DNA of 63,992 bases, filler included, from Malassezia furfur (Eukaryota), in the NCBI GenBank assembly GCA_052055015.1. It is 23 parts of 23 records of this genome, joined end to end, with 100 filler letters (N's around TTAATTAATTAA, not from the genome) between each part and the next. Parts side by side here need not be neighbours in the genome. Positions count along the whole stretch, not along the records: positions 59,417 to 62,067 come from JBQJIT010000866.1; positions 62,168 to 63,992 come from JBQJIT010001038.1; 21 more parts are not named here. The stretch is one strand, 5' to 3'. Shown here piece after piece: positions 59,417-63,992 of the stretch. The first letter of the stretch is position 1; every line of letters starts with the position of its first letter. The translations under genes were made by a program, and so were the position numbers. The notes below the pieces were generated by a model. That model made no database searches and was not told the origin of the DNA. It saw only the letters and a program-made list of their open reading frames with translations.

Positions 59417-61160
59417 TCCGCGTGAGGTACACGGGCTGCTCGAGCGTCTTGATGATGCCCGTGTCGCCCTGGGGCAGCGCGTACTTGATATGGTTCAGCG
59501 TGCTGTACAGCAGCACACCACTGCTGTCCCACGCCGCGCTCTTGATCCGGATGGTCTCGTGCAGGACGTGCGAGGTGGTAAACGTCTTGTTCGTCAGCGT
59601 GATGGTGTGCTTGCTCAGCAGCGCGGCCATCGACCCGTCCGCACTCCACACCACGTACTTCACCGCGACGCTGGGCAGCTCGGCGGTGACCGTCTGCTGC
59701 TGCGTGTCAAACAGCCCAACGTTGGTCGGCGTGCTGAACACCAGGTGCGACGGGCCACCGGGGAAGATGTCCTGCGTGTCGTCGGGGAGCGTCAGGGTCT
59801 TGACCACGTTGTTCGCCAGGTCGCGAATCTCCACCGTGTTAGTCGCCTTAAGCAGCACCGCAAAGCGGTTGCGTGCAATGAACAGCGCACTCGCGCCCTG
59901 CCCGCGCTTCCCGACCGAGCCGGACTCGGCCAGCTCACTCGGGACGTTGTGGGGGAGCGGCGCAATGTCAAACACACCCGCATCTCCGCTCGTCGACGTC
60001 GCGATGATGGAGCGCTCCGCGGGGTTGAAGCTCAACGTGCGCGGCTGCACATACTGATTGCCGAGGCGCTTGATGCTGAGCAGCGCGTGGTCCTTGCCGG
60101 TACCGTAGTCGAGCATGCGCACCTGCTTGTTGCGCACATAGTATAGCACATTGTTGTGCAGCGCAAACGGCGGGCGCTCGCGCTCCAGCTTGAACACAAT
60201 CAGGCCACTGTCGTGGCCCGCGGCAAACAGGTTCAAGCGGGGGTGCGACGTCAGCACCCAGAAGCGGTCGTGCTCACGGCGGAAGGTCTGCACCGCGGTG
60301 CGCTTGCCCATGTCCCACACGCGGATCGTCTTGTCCTCGGAGGCGGACAGAATCAGCTCCGCATGGGGGTGGAAGAGCGCCGAGGACACATTGTTGTAGT
60401 GCCCGCGGCACGTGTCGACCTCCCACGCCTTGGTCTCGGACATGCGCCACAGCTTCACCTGGCGGTCGTCGCTCGCCGAAACAATCAGCGGCAGCGCAGG
60501 GTGGAAGCTCGCCCAGTTGACGCCGCGGTCGTGGCCCTCGAGGACGTACTTCACGACCACATCCATGTTGCCAAACAGGTCCATCTGCGCACTCGTCGCA
60601 CGCGCCATCTGCTCATCGAGCGACATGGGCTGTGCCGTGGTCGACTTTTGCTTGAGCGCCGTAAAGTCCCACACGCGCACCGTTTGGTCCATGGACGCCG
60701 ACACGATGAGGTCTTCGTACGGGTGGAACTGCGCGCACATCACATAGTGGTTGTGTCCAGTGAGGATCGCAATGCATGTCCGGCTCTGCCAGTTCCAGAT
60801 TCGGATCGTCTGGTCGTCGGACGCGCTAATGATCCACGGGTGCTCGTGGTGGAAGAACACCGTGCGCACGTAGTCGAGATGGCCGTGCAGCGTAAACAGC
60901 ACCTTGCCCGTCTTGTGGTTCCACACCTTGATCTTGTAGTCATCGCTACCGCTCACCAGCAGCGGCTGCGTGGGGTGGAAGCTGACGCCGCGCACGGGTC
61001 CCTCGTGCTCCTCGAGCCGTTCGTAGATCGTCCCGGTTTGGTAGTTCCACAACTGGATCGAGCCATTGTGCAACGACGCGGCCAGCAGCGGGAGCTTCGG
61101 GTGGAATGCGATGCCTTTCACCCGGTTCGATTTCGACTCAAACTTGGTGAGCATCTGCAT
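59417..61160 (-). CDS. COP1: Coatomer subunit alpha, N-terminal WD40 propellers, 3'-partial
   Basis: [57 protein letters not shown]. Confidence 0.98.
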
Positions 61161-61267
61161 GCTGGCGACTCGACGCAACGCCCACCGTCACCGTCGTTCG
61201 CACGCCCGCGCGACGACTCGGCCGCGCTGGCGGTGACGATCACGTGACCACGTCGTCCACCCCCGGC

Positions 61268-62067
61268 ATGCTCGACGTGCAGCCGACGCTCGCCGCGCAG
61301 CATGCCGCCGAGGCGCGCGGCGAGCAGCCAGAGGGACACACGGTGAAGCTTGTGGCACTACTGCTGCATGCTTGCGTGCGGTACGCGCTGTGGGCCGCGG
61401 GTCAGGTACCAGCGTACGTCCTCTCCATCCTGTCTCACGCAGACCGCTCGACGCCGTCGTGCAGGAATTGCCCTACCTTTTGCCCGAAGGACCTCATGAT
61501 GCCCCTGAGGTTGCCCAAACTTCGTACACGCTTGAGCTCGTGCAGCCAGCTAGGCGCACGCCGCCGCGCGGGCCGCTGCGGCACGTCCTTGCGCTTGCGC
61601 AGGCGAGCGCCGATCTTGAAGCGCGGCTGTACGCGGCACTACATGCCCTGCAACACGACACACCCGATCAACTGCAGCTGGCCATTGTGCATGGGCCATC
61701 GCTGCACTTCGCGCGCGCGACCTGGTTTTGGACGGTCGACGCGGGCATTCCGCGGCCGACAGCCTCCGACGCCCATGACACGGCAGCACGCGCAGCGCAG
61801 CGCAAAAAGACGAGTGCCATGCTGGAGCGTAAGCTGATCCGGCACTGTATGATCCACGATACGTTGCAAGACCCCTCGCTTGCGCCATGCCCGACGCGTA
61901 TCTTACTCTATGCACCCCATACACTACGTGTCCCCGGCTGGACACCAAGGCCACACTACAAAGCCACGATACCCCCCCAGTCTGACCAGGAGGCCGATGC
62001 CCAGGAGGACGACGAGGCTATGGACGAGACGAGCACGTCACATGTCGCCCCTCCCCCGTCGTCCCGG
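61268..62067 (+). CDS. Hypothetical protein, probable p31comet/MAD2L1BP HORMA-like, 3'-partial
   Basis: A 29-nt intron joins ...VRYALWAAGQVPA|PLDAV; motif order matches p31comet (see findings). Confidence 0.55.
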
Positions 62068-62167
62068 NNNNNNNNNNNNNNNNNNNNNNNNNNNNNNNNN
62101 NNNNNNNNNNNTTAATTAATTAANNNNNNNNNNNNNNNNNNNNNNNNNNNNNNNNNNNNNNNNNNNN

Positions 62168-63992
62168 ACCGGCGCGCCGCGCGCGCCGCTCGCGTTCACC
62201 GCCGCCTCCAGCAGGGGGCTCGCGCGCCCCGGCGCCCCCTCGGTCTTGTCGACCAGCACCAGCACCGTCGGCGGGCTCACGATCACGCTCAGGTCCGCGT
62301 CGGCCGGCTGCGTCGCCGCGTACGCGTCGAGCAGCTGCGCCAGCGCGGGGTTCGCGAGGCTCGCGTCGCACACCGACGACGCCGCGAGCGCCTGGTCGTA
62401 CAGCGTCGGCGCACGTGACGTGTGGTGCCGCTCGAGCGTCGTGTGCAGCGTGAGCGTGGAGAGCAGGTTGAACGCGTGCAGCGACACGAGCGTCAGCAGC
62501 AGCAGCAGCTTGAGGCGCGCGAGGGGGTGCTCGATCGGGCGCAGCACACGCTCCCACCACCGCAGCGCACGGCGCGGCGGCGCGGCGTGCGTGTGCTTCG
62601 GCTCGGCGGGCGCCTCGTCGGGCGCCTCGTTCGACGCGTCCTCCACCGCGCCGGGCGCCGCCGGCGCGGCCGCGTCGGTGCGGTGCAGGCGCTGCACCTC
62701 GAACACGACACACAGCACCGCCACAAAGAACGTCGGCAGCAGGATCGCGTCGTACACGAGGATCAGCGCGGCCAGCTGGCAGAACTCGCGCAAGCCACTG
62801 ATGCCGCTGCACGCGCCGACGAGCAGGATGCTGATCTCGATCGTGTACGCACGCACCAGGCCGCCACACGTCGTGTGCAGCGCATGCGCGGCCACCTCAC
62901 TCACGGGCGTCGCGGCGACAAACGCGCCGAGCGCCTGCTCTTGCTGCACCCGCTGCGTGAGCGCCTGCACAAAGCGCTGCTCGGGCGTGATGATGTCCGA
63001 CAGCGCGTCGTTGTCGGCGTCCGCGTCGGCCGGCGCGGGCGCAGGCGCGGCCGGCTTCGCAAAGAACGCCCGCGTCAGCACGTACGGCTTCTCGAAGCCG
63101 ACCGTGATCACCAAGAACGGCAGCGCCTCGGAGAGCAGAATCGGATCCACAGGAATGCGCAGCATGTGCGCGGTGACCAGCGCAAAGAAGAAGGCAAACG
63201 TGCTCGACAGCAGCACACACGTGCCAAGCCAGAAGCCCGACGGGAACTGCCGCATCGACAGGTACAGGTGCAGGAAGGAGCCGTGCATCAGAATGTACGC
63301 GCCGAGCAGCACCGTAAAGTCGATGCGGTCCGCACTGGAAATCAGCACCCAGAGCCGCTGGAAGACGCGGCGCACAAACGACACCACAAAGCGCACGGAG
63401 AAGTAGCGCACGTCGCTCTGCTCCGTCGACGGCACCAGCGGCTGCACCCACAGCGCGCCGCTGCGCCAGCGCGCGACTTCGGCCGCGTCGTGCGTCGACA
63501 CAGGCACCACCGCCGCGAGCGCCGCATCGAGCGCCGCGTCCAACGTCGCGGGCACCAGCTTGCGGTGCACCGCCAGGCGCTCGTACGCGCTGATCCCGTG
63601 CGTGATGCACCCAATCACCTCGGCGACCGTGTCGTTGCCCGCGTCGTGCACCGGCACGGGCGCAAACGCACACTCCGACGTGCTCTGCAGCGAGCGCGCC
63701 AGCGGCGGGAGCACGGCACTGCGCCGCAGCGCACGCGCCGCCTCGGTGCCCGCGGGGCCGTCGGTGACCACAACCCACTCGAGGTACTGCGTCTGCGCAT
63801 GGTCAAAGAACGCGTGGATGTCGTCCAGCGCGCCGTCCTGCTCGACCTCGAGCAGCGGGCGCCACGTGTCGCCCGCGCGGCGCACAAACACGGGGCGCCG
63901 CGCCGCAGCGAGCACCTCGCCGGGCGACGCGGTGCCTGCGCGCTGCGCCGAGAGCGTCACGACGTCCGACAGGCTCGAGAAGAGCAGCGAGT
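62168..63992 (-). CDS. HMG1: HMG-CoA reductase N-terminal membrane / sterol-sensing domain (partial)
   Basis: AYILMH...FWL...SSTFAF, LSEALPFLVITVGFEKP, SGISGLREFCQLAA, TFFVAVL. Confidence 0.9.

Overview
This is not one locus. It is a concatenation of 23 unrelated contigs of about 2.65-2.8 kb, sorted by decreasing length and joined by 100-nt artificial linkers (Ns-TTAATTAATTAA-Ns). Gene content, high GC, extreme compaction and tiny spliceosomal introns (GTACGT/GTAGGT/GTGCGT...CT[A/G/C]AC...YAG) indicate a basidiomycete yeast nuclear genome, most likely Malassezia-like (inference). About 40 mostly partial housekeeping genes and one tRNA-Leu(CAA) are recognisable; identities come from remembered family motifs, not database searches. 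Main signals: (1) a TPP riboswitch inside an unusually long 303-nt intron of a sodium:solute symporter gene, with a switch readable from the sequence (mutually exclusive pairing that exposes or hides the 5' splice site); (2) spliceosomal introns as short as 21-23 nt; (3) CACGTG E-boxes in most of the very small promoters; (4) a probable p31comet homologue; (5) a tRNA-Leu that does not fold with a single canonical intron; (6) several chimeric or assembly artefacts, including an LSU rDNA tail and a TAP42 fragment joined at a hairpin.
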